Shown here: positions 22,229 to 32,683 of the stretch, one piece after another
Position numbering within the stretch: position 1 is the stretch's first letter
How the letters are laid out: every line of letters starts with the position of its first letter
From: a virus
Lineage: Duplodnaviria; Caudoviricetes
IMG/VR virus record: IMGVR_UViG_3300033153_009453
Location: 1 to 55,434 of that record
Strand: one strand, 5' to 3'
Length of the DNA stretch: 55,434 nt
The notes under the pieces: generated by a model
Databases searched by the model: none
What the model was told of the DNA's origin: nothing
What the model saw: only the letters and a program-made list of their open reading frames with translations
Position numbers and translations under genes: made by a program

Positions 22229-23605
22229 ATGAAAGTATGAATAGAAGTAGAGCTTCATTCTAACGGTGAGAGTTTTTATGATATAAAAGACTGTCTATGA
22301 TTGAGCTTTAATTCATTTAATGAAGAATGAATTAAAATGAGTGAAGAATATTATAGAAGTACTATTGAGTTTAATTTCATGCCTATAGGATTAGATAAAA
22401 AGGAATTTAATAGAATTTCTGATTATTTAAAAGATAAAAGAGAAAGATTTAATTTGAAATTAAATTGAGGTAGACCTCAATTCACCTGAACTCATCTCCA
22501 TCTATTTGAAACCTCTTCTTTTAGAAGAAATAGATTATTAAAGTGAGTATTAAGCTTTATTAAAGATAATTTTGATGGATTAAGTAAAGGTTCTAAAGAG
22601 AGATTATTACTAGCTCACCAACTCTGGGGATTTTATGACCATAAGGTCACTAATGGAGAATGGATTAATATTATTAGGGGAAATGGATTTAATATTACTA
22701 ATTATAGTTTAAGCTATGATAAACCTAAATATAGTCCAGTAATTAAATCACCAGCCATAGAAGGATGAAAACCTTTATCAACTGAGATTAGATGTATTCC
22801 TAATGAATATATCTTTAATGGTAAAGCTTATGAGCTTTGTAGGGAAATTGAAAATGGGGAGTTATATAGGAGAGAACCCTTGGAGGCTATTGACTTTTTT
22901 AAATTCCTAATAAAGGATTTAAGATGACAAGAGGTGGTAATTCCTAGTTTATTTCATAATTCTAATGTTGACTTACTTGACCATGAGGGAATTATACGAT
23001 TAATTAACCAACATTGAAGTGAAGCTGTATTTGGCTATTCATCAATATGTAATTGATGGAATTTAAGAAATGTTTGCAGTAGATTTAACTCATTCAAAGA
23101 AGAGTTAAAGAAATTTAGATTAATTAATCAAAGATTAATCTTTAAAAATATTAATCTACTACTTAATCTTTTTAATGAACATAGCTTCAATAAAGCTAAG
23201 TTTGGTGAAATTAAAGATTATATTAATCAATTTGATAATGATGAATTTAGTAATAATTATTCTTGAAGAAGTTCTGAGTTAGTAAGAATACCTAGATTTT
23301 CAACAGAAATGATTATTGACTTTATTAAAGATATTAATAGTGAAGAAAAAGTTACAATAATAAATAACTTACTAATTTCACTTGAATGAAGAATTATATG
23401 AAATGACTTAAGGAGATTATGTGAATATGAAAATTCATTAACAGTAGAAGGAGATACTGGTGAAGTAGTTGGATTAATTCCAAACACCTTCTCTGATACG
23501 TTAGTTGAGCTAAGAAATAACTGCCTTATACCTAATAATTCATTTACGGGACAATTCTCTTACATGAGAGATTATAGTAATATTAACATTAATGACGATG
23601 AATAA
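22229..23605 (+). CDS. Second putative amidoligase (458 aa)
   Basis: MKVGIEVELH, TIEFN, FTGTHLHLF and STEIRCIPN. Confidence 0.65.
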
Positions 23606-24650
23606 ATTTAAAAGATATAATAGGATATATTCATTATTAGATAATGAGTGAAAACCTAGAGAAGAAACTGATTGAATATTGAAAGGAATTTGTAGTATTC
23701 AAGAAAAAATAGATTGATGTAATCTTTCAGTTTGGATGGAAGACTGAGAGATTAGAGTTTGAAGTAGAAGTCAAGAGGTGACTAAGGATGGCTTTAGATG
23801 AGCTGTAGACTATATTACTACCCATACAGGCATAAAAGCTCTCCTAGGGGGCTTAGAATGAGATATAAGACTATATGGTGAATGGTTAGTTCCTCATACT
23901 ATTACTAATTATTTACCAGAAGCATATAATCATTTTTACTTATTTGATATAGAGCAAGATGGAGAATTATTATCAACCTTAGAAGTTGATAATTTAGCTT
24001 CTAAATATTGAATTAAGAAACCTCATCTTATAGGGTTAATTAATAATCCTACTATTAAAGAGCTTACCTTCTTAATAGGGAAGACTTGGCTTAAATGAGA
24101 TAAGAAAGACTGAGGGGAAGGAATAGTAATTAAAAACTTAGATTTTACTAATAAATTCTGAGATACTTGCTACGCTAAAATAGTTGGTGATGACTTTAAA
24201 GAAAGTAATGCTATTGTCTTTGGTAATCATAAAAAATGAGATATTGAGATGGGGCTTGCTACTAACTTTTGTAATTTAGCAAGAGTAAAGAAAATTATAA
24301 ATAAAGTAGAGGAAACTCTAGATAGAAAAATATTAAAAACTGATATTAATCAAATAATTTGAAGAGTTCAGTATGATATTATTACCGAAGAAATCTGGGA
24401 AATACAAAAGAAATGAATAATTAGCTTTAGGCAATTAAAGTCTCTTATAGGGAGGAGGGCAGCTAGAATAGCTATTGATATTATTGAGGGGAATAAGGAG
24501 AGTGTTGCATTTAGTAATGCTCCCCAATTAAATAAGAAAGAAGAAGTTGTAGTGATTAATGAAGATTTAGATTATGCTACATATAAGGCTTTTTTAGATG
24601 AAACACAACCTATTTTACCTTTTAAAAAATTACCAGAATGAACAAAATAA
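23598..24650 (+). CDS. RNA ligase (Rnl2-like nucleotidyltransferase; 350 aa)
   Basis: Motif I QEKIDGCN, then RLYGEW, FYLFDI, GEGIVIKN and YAKIV. Confidence 0.85.
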
Positions 24651-25516
24651 TAGCTTTGAGAGGCATTCCTTGCAGCTGAAAGAGTAGCTTCGCCCAAATA
24701 AAGAAAAAAAAGGATTGAGCGAAAATATTTAATAAAGACGCTATAAGAGACAGACTTGGAATTACCCCCGAAACTTGGAGTAAGTCCGCCGAAAAGAGAG
24801 TTATAAGTGAAGAGAGAAAATGAGTAGAGAAGGCTATGGGGGAATGAAGAGAGCTTATAGTGGTTGACAATACTCATTTATGAGCCTTTAATACCCATCT
24901 TTTCTTTTATAAGGGACTAGCTAAAACCTATAATTATGAGTTTGAAGTTAAAGACTTTTACTGTAGTAGAGATGAAGCTATAGAGAGAGATAGCCTTAGA
25001 GAGAGGAAGGTAGGAGTTAAGGTTATAGATAAGATGATTAAACTCCATGGTAATTGAGGTAATGTTCCAGTATTCGCCTCTTACAGAGAACAAACGGAAG
25101 ATTTACTAAATGCTTATATATTTGACATTGACTGTACATTAGCCCAGATGGATAATAATAGAAGCCCATACGATTACTCTAAGGTTTATGAAGATAAGCC
25201 TAACCAGTATATTATTAATATAGCTAAAGACTTAGCTTTCACTAATAATATCATCGTAGTGAGTTGAAGAGAGGATAGCTGTAGGGGTGATACCATTAGA
25301 TGGTTAAAAGCCTTCTGAGTGCCTTATAGTGACCTTTATATGAGGAAGGCTTGAGATACTAGGAAGGATAGTATAGTTAAGAAGGAAATATTTGAGAATG
25401 AGATAGAGGGGAAGTATAATATATGAGGAGTATTTGACGATAGAGACCAAGTTTGCAAAATGTGGAGGTTAGAATTAAAGTTGCCCTGTCTTCAAGTTTT
25501 TTACGGGTCTTTCTAG
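24638..25516 (+). CDS. pseT: Polynucleotide kinase/3'-phosphatase (T4 PseT-like; 292 aa)
   Basis: P-loop GIPCSGKSS, HAD motif FDIDCTLA, VSGR, MRKAGDTRKD and VFDDRDQV. Confidence 0.9.
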
Positions 25517-25532
25517 CTATTTAGTCAAATGC

Positions 25533-25560
25533 TTGACAAATAGTAGATTAGAAATATGTT
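25533..25560 (+). promoter_or_regulatory. Middle promoter (replication genes)
   Basis: TTGACA-16 bp-TATGTT with AGTAGATT in the spacer. Confidence 0.55.
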
Positions 25561-25583
25561 GATAATTTTTTAAATAGTTAATT

Positions 25584-25757
25584 ATGAATAATTTAAGTGA
25601 AATACAAAAGGGGTATATAAAGGAAAGATTAGCGTATAGCTATGATTTACTTCATTATATATCCATGGAAGAGCCAGAGCAAATTACAGAGTGTAAGGAA
25701 GAAATAAAGAGACTTGATATTATTATTAATAAGTTATTAGAATGCAACAATATATAA
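25584..25757 (+). CDS. Hypothetical protein (57 aa)
   Basis: Follows the promoter and overlaps the next start. Confidence 0.6.
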   Translation: MNNLSEIQKGYIKERLAYSYDLLHYISMEEPEQITECKEEIKRLDIIINKLLECNNI

Positions 25758-26545
25758 ATCTAAGTCAAGCTCACCTTGCTCAGTTCTGATTATCAGTTAT
25801 TGATTGAATATTATTAGACTATATAATTAGAGCTCATACTTGGGCGAAAGATATTATAGTTGACGGAAGGAAATATTATTGGATTAATATGGGAAAAATA
25901 ATATCAGACTTACCAACTCTTGGGATTTCTAATGAAAATAGTATGAGAAAACATATTAGTAAATTAGTTAATCTAGACTTTCTAGACCGCATAACACAGG
26001 GGAATAAATCATACTTTGCTCCTACTGATAAGGTAGAGGAATATTGTGTAGGATGACCGCCATCCCCAAAAGGAGGGCAGGTATCGCCCAATAGGATGGT
26101 AAGTATCGCCGAACGGCGTGACAATAGTAATATTAATAATAATATTAAATATATATCTATTTCTGTTGCCCAAGTAAAAGAAAAAAAGGGGGAATTGATT
26201 AAAGAGTTAGAATGGTTACTTTCTTCTTTACGAGGACAAACAGACCTTAAAGATGTTGGTGCAGATGATATAATAGTTCTATGGAACTCTTATAGTTCTA
26301 AGTTTAAATTACCTAAGGTTAATCTAGATAATCCTAAAAGTTTAACTATTAGGAAAATTAAAGAGGCTTGGGGGAAATTAAAGTCTGAATTTACTAAGGA
26401 AGAGTTCAATGTTGGACTACAGAATTATTTTAAGGAGATAGAACAAAGGAAACCTGATGGTAACTATTATACCCATAGGTTCTCTTTATTCAGCTTCCTA
26501 ACACAAGTAAACTGAATTAGAAAGTTTATGTTAATCAATATTTAG
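25742..26545 (+). CDS. Putative replication initiator (N-terminal winged helix, lambda O-like layout; 267 aa)
   Basis: GRKYYWINMGKIISDLPTLGISNENSMRKHISKLVNLDFL resembles a wHTH. Internal iteron-like repeats and an AT-rich tract; lies upstream of the primase-helicase. Confidence 0.65.
26050..26160 (+). promoter_or_regulatory. Candidate replication origin: three ~22-bp iteron-like units plus AT-rich tract
   Basis: AGGATGACCGCCATCCCCAAA / AGGAGGGCAGGTATCGCCCAAT / AGGATGGTAAGTATCGCCGAAC, then an almost pure A/T run. Confidence 0.5.
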
Positions 26546-26574
26546 TAAAGTCAAGTAGAACTTTAATCAAAAGT

Positions 26575-26602
26575 TTGACAAGAAGTAGATTAAGAATATA
26601 CT
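26575..26602 (+). promoter_or_regulatory. Middle promoter
   Basis: TTGACA-16 bp-TATACT with AGTAGATT in the spacer. Confidence 0.7.
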
Positions 26603-26644
26603 AGTGTTAGGAAGCTAAATAATTTATTTATTAATATATAGAAT

Positions 26645-27013
26645 ATGTTAGAAAAAGTTTTGATTGTGACAGCAGATTGGAATGATGGAGATTATGTTAC
26701 TAAGATTACTCGTTATAAAGACTGAGTAATACCTAAACAAGACCAAATAATAATTGAAGCAATAGCTAAGGTTAATACTTCATATGATGAAGATATTGAA
26801 GGAAAAATTTGGGAATTAATCCCTAAAGAAGCTAAGGATGAAATAATGGATAAATGGATAAAAGAAGAATGAGAAGAAAGAGTTAAAGAATATTGAGAAG
26901 ATTGGATTAATGACCTTATATGAGACTTTTTACCTTATGTGGATAACTGAGAAATCCATACAATAAAAAGCGTAGAAGTACTTGAAATTAATAATAGAAC
27001 AAAATACTTATAA
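26645..27013 (+). CDS. Conserved phage hypothetical protein (122 aa)
   Basis: ADWNDGDYVT...LPYVDNGEIHTIKSVEV. Confidence 0.75.
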
Positions 27014-27016
27014 TCT

Positions 27017-28690
27017 ATGGGAAAAACAACAATAGAACAATTAAACCAGAAGGATGTCGCCGAAATACTTGGAGCTTTACAAATAAAATTCTCTAAGAAA
27101 TGAAGTACTTTTTCTCTTTATGAGGGCAATAAGTCTACAGGTTGATGGAAGGCCTCAATAGATTGAGAGTTTAAAGACTTTAGTAATAAATGAAGAGCAG
27201 AAGGTGATAGATTAAAGTTTATAGCCTCCTACTTAGGAGTTTCTACTCACGAAGCCTTGAATTGGGTAGAAGAAACTTTCTGAATTAAATGAGATAAATG
27301 AGGTAATGAAACAAGAGGTTCACCTCTTACGAATAAACGGAATAAATTTAAGCCCCTTAATGAGGAACAAATAGAATACCTTTCCTCTAGAGGTATATAT
27401 AAATACGATTGGTGTAGAAGTTATAAGAATAATATTTGTATTCAAATATGTACTGGTAGAGAGAATATAACCTCTCTACAAAGTAGAAATATAGGTGAAT
27501 GAAATAGATATTATGTAGAAGCCTCCACAGATAGTGATGGCTTATTTATCCATAAGTTAGATTATTCTAAGAAGGCTTTAATTGTTGTTGAATGAATGAC
27601 AGATTATTTAAGCTTAAGGCAATATACAACTAATGTTGTAGGTCTTGTAAACGCTAAGAATGATGGTCAAATACAAATGATTAAAGACTTGTCTAATGAG
27701 TTTGAAATATACTTTGTGCCTGATAATGATGATGCAGGGAAAGTAACAATAGAGAAGTTTAATAAGTTATGATTGCATTATAATTTGTTTAGGTTAGAAC
27801 CTTATTGAATGAAGGACATTAATGATGTATTAGTTAACTATTGACTTTGAGAAGAGATACTAACTATAATATTTACTGAAAGTGAGAAACCTTTAGGTAA
27901 CTTAGAGTTAGCTAGAGTAAAAGCTTTAGAGTACAAAGCATTATACGAAGAGAATGATTGACATTTAGGTTTCCCTTCCTGATACGAGCCACTAGATAAG
28001 TATACGGATGGAGTTATAAGATGAAAGGTTTATATGATTATGGCTTATAGTAATGTGGGTAAGACAAGATTTGCCTACTCCTTACTAAAAAATATGATTA
28101 AGCTTAAAAAGAGAATACATTTCTATTCCTTAGAAGTTGATACTGGGATGTTGTTTCTAGAGATTATCCAGTCTATATACTGACGGAATAGAGGGAAAAC
28201 CATGGAAGGCTTGAAAGATTTAGATTTAACTGAACTTGAGAAATGTATAGAAATACATGATGATGTACGCTCCTTAGATAAGATTGTACAATCTATTAAG
28301 AACGAAAAACCCGAAGTAGCCTTTATAGACTTTGTCCAGAATATAGAGGAGAAAGGTTGAGAGTATGAGAAGATGACTAATATCGCCCTAACCTTACAGA
28401 AGCTAGCTATATTTACAGGAACTACTATATTTCCTTTAAGTCAAGTAGCTAATGAAGGTAGGTTTGCTTGAGGTGATGCTTTACCTAAATGAAGTTGAGC
28501 CTTATTTGCTAGTAGTGATGTAATCTTTACCCTTTGGGCGAAAGACTGAGAGAAGTACCTTACAATTAGTAAGAATAAGTATTGAAAGGCAAATGTGAAT
28601 TATATACTTGATATAGATTATCAAACCTCCACCTTTAGGATGGCAGAGGATAATCTAGAAGAAGTTTGAGGCTTTAAATGATTAACTTAA
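27017..28690 (+). CDS. Bifunctional DNA primase-helicase (Toprim plus DnaB-like; 557 aa)
   Basis: Primase motifs IVVEGMTDYLS, PDNDDAGK and KDIND. Helicase motifs AYSNVGKT, FYSLE, AFIDFVQ, LSQV, KGSG and SKNKYG. Confidence 0.9.
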
Positions 28691-28696
28691 GGAAAT

Positions 28697-28918
28697 ATGA
28701 TATATAAAATAAAAACAACTAAAGAGAAGGTATCTAGGTGAATAGAGGAAATTAAGAGAAACTGAGGAAGTTATTATAATTGAGAGTTTTCAATTTCAGG
28801 AGTAACTTGAAGAGCGACATTTGGTCTTGCAAACTATTTACATATAGATATTACAGATAAGCCTTGGTTAGCTAGTTGGGATATGATAGAGGAGAAAATA
28901 AATGAGTTTTTTAAGTAA
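28697..28918 (+). CDS. Hypothetical protein (73 aa)
   Basis: Open with TGA=Gly; reads ITDKPWLASWDMIEEKI. Confidence 0.7.
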
Positions 28919-28931
28919 TTAATTTAAGAGA

Positions 28932-29165
28932 ATGAGAGATAATTGTAAAGATTGTTGAAATATTGTTCCTAATGGGCATGATAGATGTAAATATTGTATT
29001 ATATTAAATAACTCAGATTTTGGGCAACTTTCATATAAAGAAGACTGAGATAAAATCTTCTGTCATGGCTCGGATTTTATTAATCTACAAGAAAGTATTG
29101 CTTGATTTGGAAACTCAGAAGACGAGGCAAGAGAAGATTATGCTATTAATTTAAGGAAAAAATAA
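28932..29165 (+). CDS. Zinc-ribbon-containing hypothetical protein (77 aa)
   Basis: CKDCG...RCKYC and FINLQESIAGFG. Confidence 0.65.
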
Positions 29166-29182
29166 AAAAGTCTAAAAAAGTT

Positions 29183-29210
29183 TTGACAAAGAGTAAATCC
29201 TGAATATACT
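29183..29210 (+). promoter_or_regulatory. Middle promoter
   Basis: TTGACA-16 bp-TATACT with AGTAAATC in the spacer. Confidence 0.7.
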
Positions 29211-29250
29211 GTATGTAGGGTAAAGGGAAAGGTTAAAACGAAAATAATAA

Positions 29251-29802
29251 ATGGATAAAGTTATTGTTATCACCTGAGTTAGCTGTAGCGGTAAGACAAC
29301 CTTACAAGAAGAGTTAACAAGAAGATGATATGAAAGCCCTATAAATTTTACTACTAGGTCTCCTAGAAGCAAAAACTATTCCTCAATAGATGAGGACTGA
29401 GATTACAACTCTAAAGAGTTTGGAGAATATATATTCCTCAATAAAAGTAATTTCCTTAAGAAGCTAAGAAATTGAGATTTTCTTGAACATGTTCAGTACT
29501 GTAAAAACTGGTATTGAATAAGTAAATTTCTACCGAATTGAAAGGTAGTATTGATACTTGACCCTATTGGGAGAAATCAAGTACTTCGATACTTTAGTGA
29601 TATTTGAGTAGAAGTAGTTACTTATTACTTAGAAATAAGTAAGAAAGTTCAAGATGAAAGGTTACAACAAAGGAAACTTGATGATAAACAAGTTATATCA
29701 AGAAAAAAAGACTTTGAACGGTTTAGTCCTACAAATAAGTGTAGAAAGCTAAATTGAACCGTAGCTGTCAAAGAATTAGCTGATATAATAGAAAACGCTT
29801 AA
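29251..29802 (+). CDS. gmk: Guanylate kinase-like nucleotide kinase (183 aa)
   Basis: ITGVSCSGKTT, FTTRSPR and FLEHVQYCKNWYG. Confidence 0.8.
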
Positions 29803-30269
29803 TGGGAAACTTTAGAGAAGATTTAAAAAAGGGAGAAGAAATGGAAGAGGTAGTAAGAGAATTACTTAACACTAAGTGATTTAGCTTACTAAAAAATCCA
29901 CAAAATAAAGAGATGGATTTGTTAATTATAGAAAAGTGAATTGAGGTCAAATTTGATGAGTATGCACAATATAGTGGTAACTTTTATATTGAATTTGAAA
30001 GTAACTGAAAGCCTTCTTGAATATTTAGAGAAGAGACGGTACATTTAGAATATTGGGCTCACACCGACGGAATAACACTAAATCTCTTAGAATGAGATAA
30101 ATTTAAAGAGCGGGTAAGTGATAAGATAGGAAAATGTAGAGATAACAAGTCTAACACCTCTAGAGGATTTAGAGTTGTAGAACAATGAGGTGACGGTTGA
30201 AGAACCAAAGGATTGCTAGTGCCTGTAGAAAAACTACAAAGTCAAGCAAAATATATTTTTAATTTATAA
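29802..30269 (+). CDS. PD-(D/E)XK family endonuclease (155 aa)
   Basis: FREDLKKGEEME, MDLL, IEVKFD and GNFYIEFESNGKPSGI. Confidence 0.7.
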
Positions 30270-30279
30270 ATAGTAAAAG

Positions 30280-30546
30280 ATGGTAAATATAAAATCAATA
30301 AACGAAGTAAAAAATGCAGAAAAAGTAACTATTACTCTTTCAAAAGAGGATATAGTAAAATTCCTACATTTCGCTAACTTTGGAGCTAGAACAATGGAAG
30401 CAATAGGAGAGGTTTACAAAGGTAATAAACAAGACTTAGACTTAAAAATAAGTAGAGAAGTTTCTAACGGAATTAAAGACCAATTAGAACTAGTAGACGA
30501 TGAAGGAAGATACCTTAAAACAAGTAACTTAGTTATAACTGATTAA
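30280..30546 (+). CDS. Hypothetical protein (88 aa)
   Basis: In the ORF track; no TGA and highly biased codon use. Confidence 0.75.
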   Translation: MVNIKSINEVKNAEKVTITLSKEDIVKFLHFANFGARTMEAIGEVYKGNKQDLDLKISREVSNGIKDQLELVDDEGRYLKTSNLVITD

Positions 30547-30559
30547 TCCCAAAAAATAA

Positions 30560-31087
30560 ATGTTAGGAAATTGAAAGAACGATGATAAGAACTTTATTAA
30601 CCTGAAACTAACAGCTACACCTTGAGAAACAAATATCAGCCCAGTATTTACAGTACTGGGTGCTGATTTCAAGGAAACAGCTGAGACTTATAGTCAAGTT
30701 AAATGAAAGTTAATTAAGATAAATCCAACCTTTACTCCAGCTAAGGGTAATATGGGTGACATATACTGATTTAAAGCATTTTTAGAGGATGGAGATGAAA
30801 TGTGTGTGGTAGAAAGTACTATTACTAACGCATCTAAAGACCTACTTAATGCTTTACTTGTTAATATAGGCATAGTACTAAGTATAAGCTTGTACTTGAA
30901 TAAAAGAAGTTATCCAACAGCTTCTGTGAAGCTAGAAGATTGAAATTGGGCTCAAACTGCCTTTGAATTTTCAGCCCTTGACAACAAGGCGTTGTATGAG
31001 AAGATGGTTGAAATACAAGAACCAAAAACAACAGTTAAGGTAGAAGATAAATGAGAAGAACTTTTAGCTGAGGATATACCTTTTTAA
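30560..31087 (+). CDS. Putative single-stranded DNA-binding protein (175 aa)
   Basis: Acidic C-terminal tail ending LAEDIPF, in the replication cluster. Confidence 0.6.
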
Positions 31088-31096
31088 ATAAGTAAT

Positions 31097-31255
31097 ATGA
31101 AAATAGAAATTGATGTAAGTGAATATATTCAACTTGTATACGATAACTGAAAGCTAGCAGCCTTAGAAGAAGAATGAGTAGATAGTATAATCTCTGAGCC
31201 AAGTTGGGATAGTTACGAAGAGGTTACAAATATTGTAACGAGTTCATTAGAATAA
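31097..31255 (+). CDS. Hypothetical protein (52 aa)
   Basis: KLAALEEEGVD motif. Confidence 0.6.
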
Positions 31256-31375
31256 TTGGGAAGATAAGAGAGGTTGGTTTAAAAGGTAAATCCTATTGCT
31301 GTAATAGTCCTCTCTTCACCCAATAGTGTTTCAGGGGAGAGGGATTGCACTATAACTAATCAAACTCCTCCATTC

Positions 31376-31452
31376 GCTCTCTTAGCTCAATGGAGTAGAG
31401 CGTTCGCCTTGTAAGCGAAAGGTTATCAGTTCAAGTCTGATAGGGAGCTCCA
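31376..31452 (+). tRNA. tRNA-Thr(TGT)
   Basis: GCTCTCT/AGGGAGC acceptor, TTCGC-CTTGTAA-GCGAA anticodon arm, ATCAG-TTCAAGT-CTGAT T arm, encoded CCA. Confidence 0.93.
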
Positions 31453-31472
31453 ATTAAAAGAAAATATATTGC

Positions 31473-31776
31473 TAATAGAATTTAGGAGACTGGCAACTTC
31501 CGTGCAATAGTTGGATTAATCTCCATGAGCAATATGCGTTTCTATTACACCCCTAACAAGGATAGCAGCGTAAAGATAAGGATTAGAGTAATCTAATCTA
31601 GCCTACTGTGAAAGGCGAAAATCCTACAAAAGTAGGTAGAGAATTTAGAGTGGAAACATTCTATAGTAAATTACCACCCCGAAATAGGCTAACCTCTCCT
31701 CACCCGAAAGTTAGTTGACCGAGAAACTCTGCCCCTCTATATTTTAGAGACGGAATGTAAGGAAATTGGAAGGGGT
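31473..31776 (+). ncRNA. Candidate large structured ncRNA(s) between two tRNAs
   Basis: No ORF and higher GC. Stems TAATAGAA/TTCTATTA, ACCCCT/AGGGGT and TAGCCTA/TAGGCTA. Hairpins GATTAGA-GTAA-TCTAATC, CCTAC-AAAA-GTAGG and TAGAGTG-GAAA-CATTCTA. Confidence 0.55.
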
Positions 31777-31806
31777 ATGTATACAGTAATTTACTTCTCT
31801 TTATTT

Positions 31807-31880
31807 AGCGAGCTATTGTAACGGTAGCATAACAGTCTCATAAGCTGTAGGATGTGGTTCAACTCCACAGCTCGCCACCA
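31807..31880 (+). tRNA. tRNA-Met(CAT) (A1:C72 mismatch, possibly initiator-like)
   Basis: AGCGAGC/GCTCGCC acceptor, ACAGT-CTCATAA-GCTGT anticodon arm, TGTGG-TTCAACT-CCACA T arm, ACCA end. Confidence 0.85.
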
Positions 31881-31901
31881 AATAAAATTAAAGAATTAAA
31901 T

Positions 31902-32084
31902 ATGGATAAAATAGCAAGGATTAGCTCAATGGTTAAACTTTTAAGACCCGAGAAAAGTAAAGAAGTTTTCCTATCAAAAATAGAATTTGATTATTATGTT
32001 AGGACTTTTAAGATAAAAAAACCTTGAAAGCAATTCAACCATATGGGGTATAGTATTTATTTAATAGAAGAATTATGAAGCTAA
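31902..32084 (+). CDS. Hypothetical protein (60 aa)
   Basis: Open with TGA=Gly. Confidence 0.55.
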
Positions 32085-32251
32085 TAAAAAGAGTAAATTG
32101 AATTTGGGATAGTATGGGCGTTGCCTTCATTTGTTGGAGATATGATGACCGAAGAGAGTTTAATGAACAATGAATTAAACAATCTATTGAGATTAGATTA
32201 AATCTAATTCCTAAAATAAGTATTGACTTTAAAATTACTAAAAATAAATAA
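32075..32251 (+). CDS. Hypothetical protein, tandem paralog A (58 aa)
   Basis: MKLIKRV..IW...VAFICWRY...EIRLN. Confidence 0.65.
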
Positions 32252-32252
32252 T

Positions 32253-32429
32253 ATGAAATTAATAAAAAAAGTAACAGAAGAGTGGTGAAGATTGGATATA
32301 GCTTTTTTATGTTGGAGATACCAACATATTTCAAAAGGAAGGATGAAATATTTGGAAATTAGATTTAACTTTCCTTATAGATATTTTCTATGATTTGATT
32401 TAGTTATATGAAAATACTCGTATGACTAA
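32253..32429 (+). CDS. Hypothetical protein, tandem paralog B (58 aa)
   Basis: MKLIKKV..EW...IAFLCWRY...EIRFN. Confidence 0.65.
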
Positions 32430-32451
32430 ACTTATTTAATAAAAAGTATAT

Positions 32452-32682
32452 ATGAAAATACTTGTAAGAATTAAGATTTTATTTTTATGGCTTTCAAAGA
32501 ACTGGAGATTATGGTTATTAAAAATAGAATATGATGATAAAATATATCGGACAGATATAGCTATCTATAGAAGATTAGGAGATTTTTTTAAACAAACGGA
32601 GGGATTAGAGAATACTTATAAGTCTAAAAAGAAAGCAATTGAAGTGGACTATGATGCAGATATTTATTTCTTAAAGCAATAA
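32452..32682 (+). CDS. Hypothetical protein (76 aa)
   Basis: In the ORF track; tight operon packing. Confidence 0.65.
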   Translation: MKILVRIKILFLWLSKNWRLWLLKIEYDDKIYRTDIAIYRRLGDFFKQTEGLENTYKSKKKAIEVDYDADIYFLKQ

Positions 32683-32683
32683 T

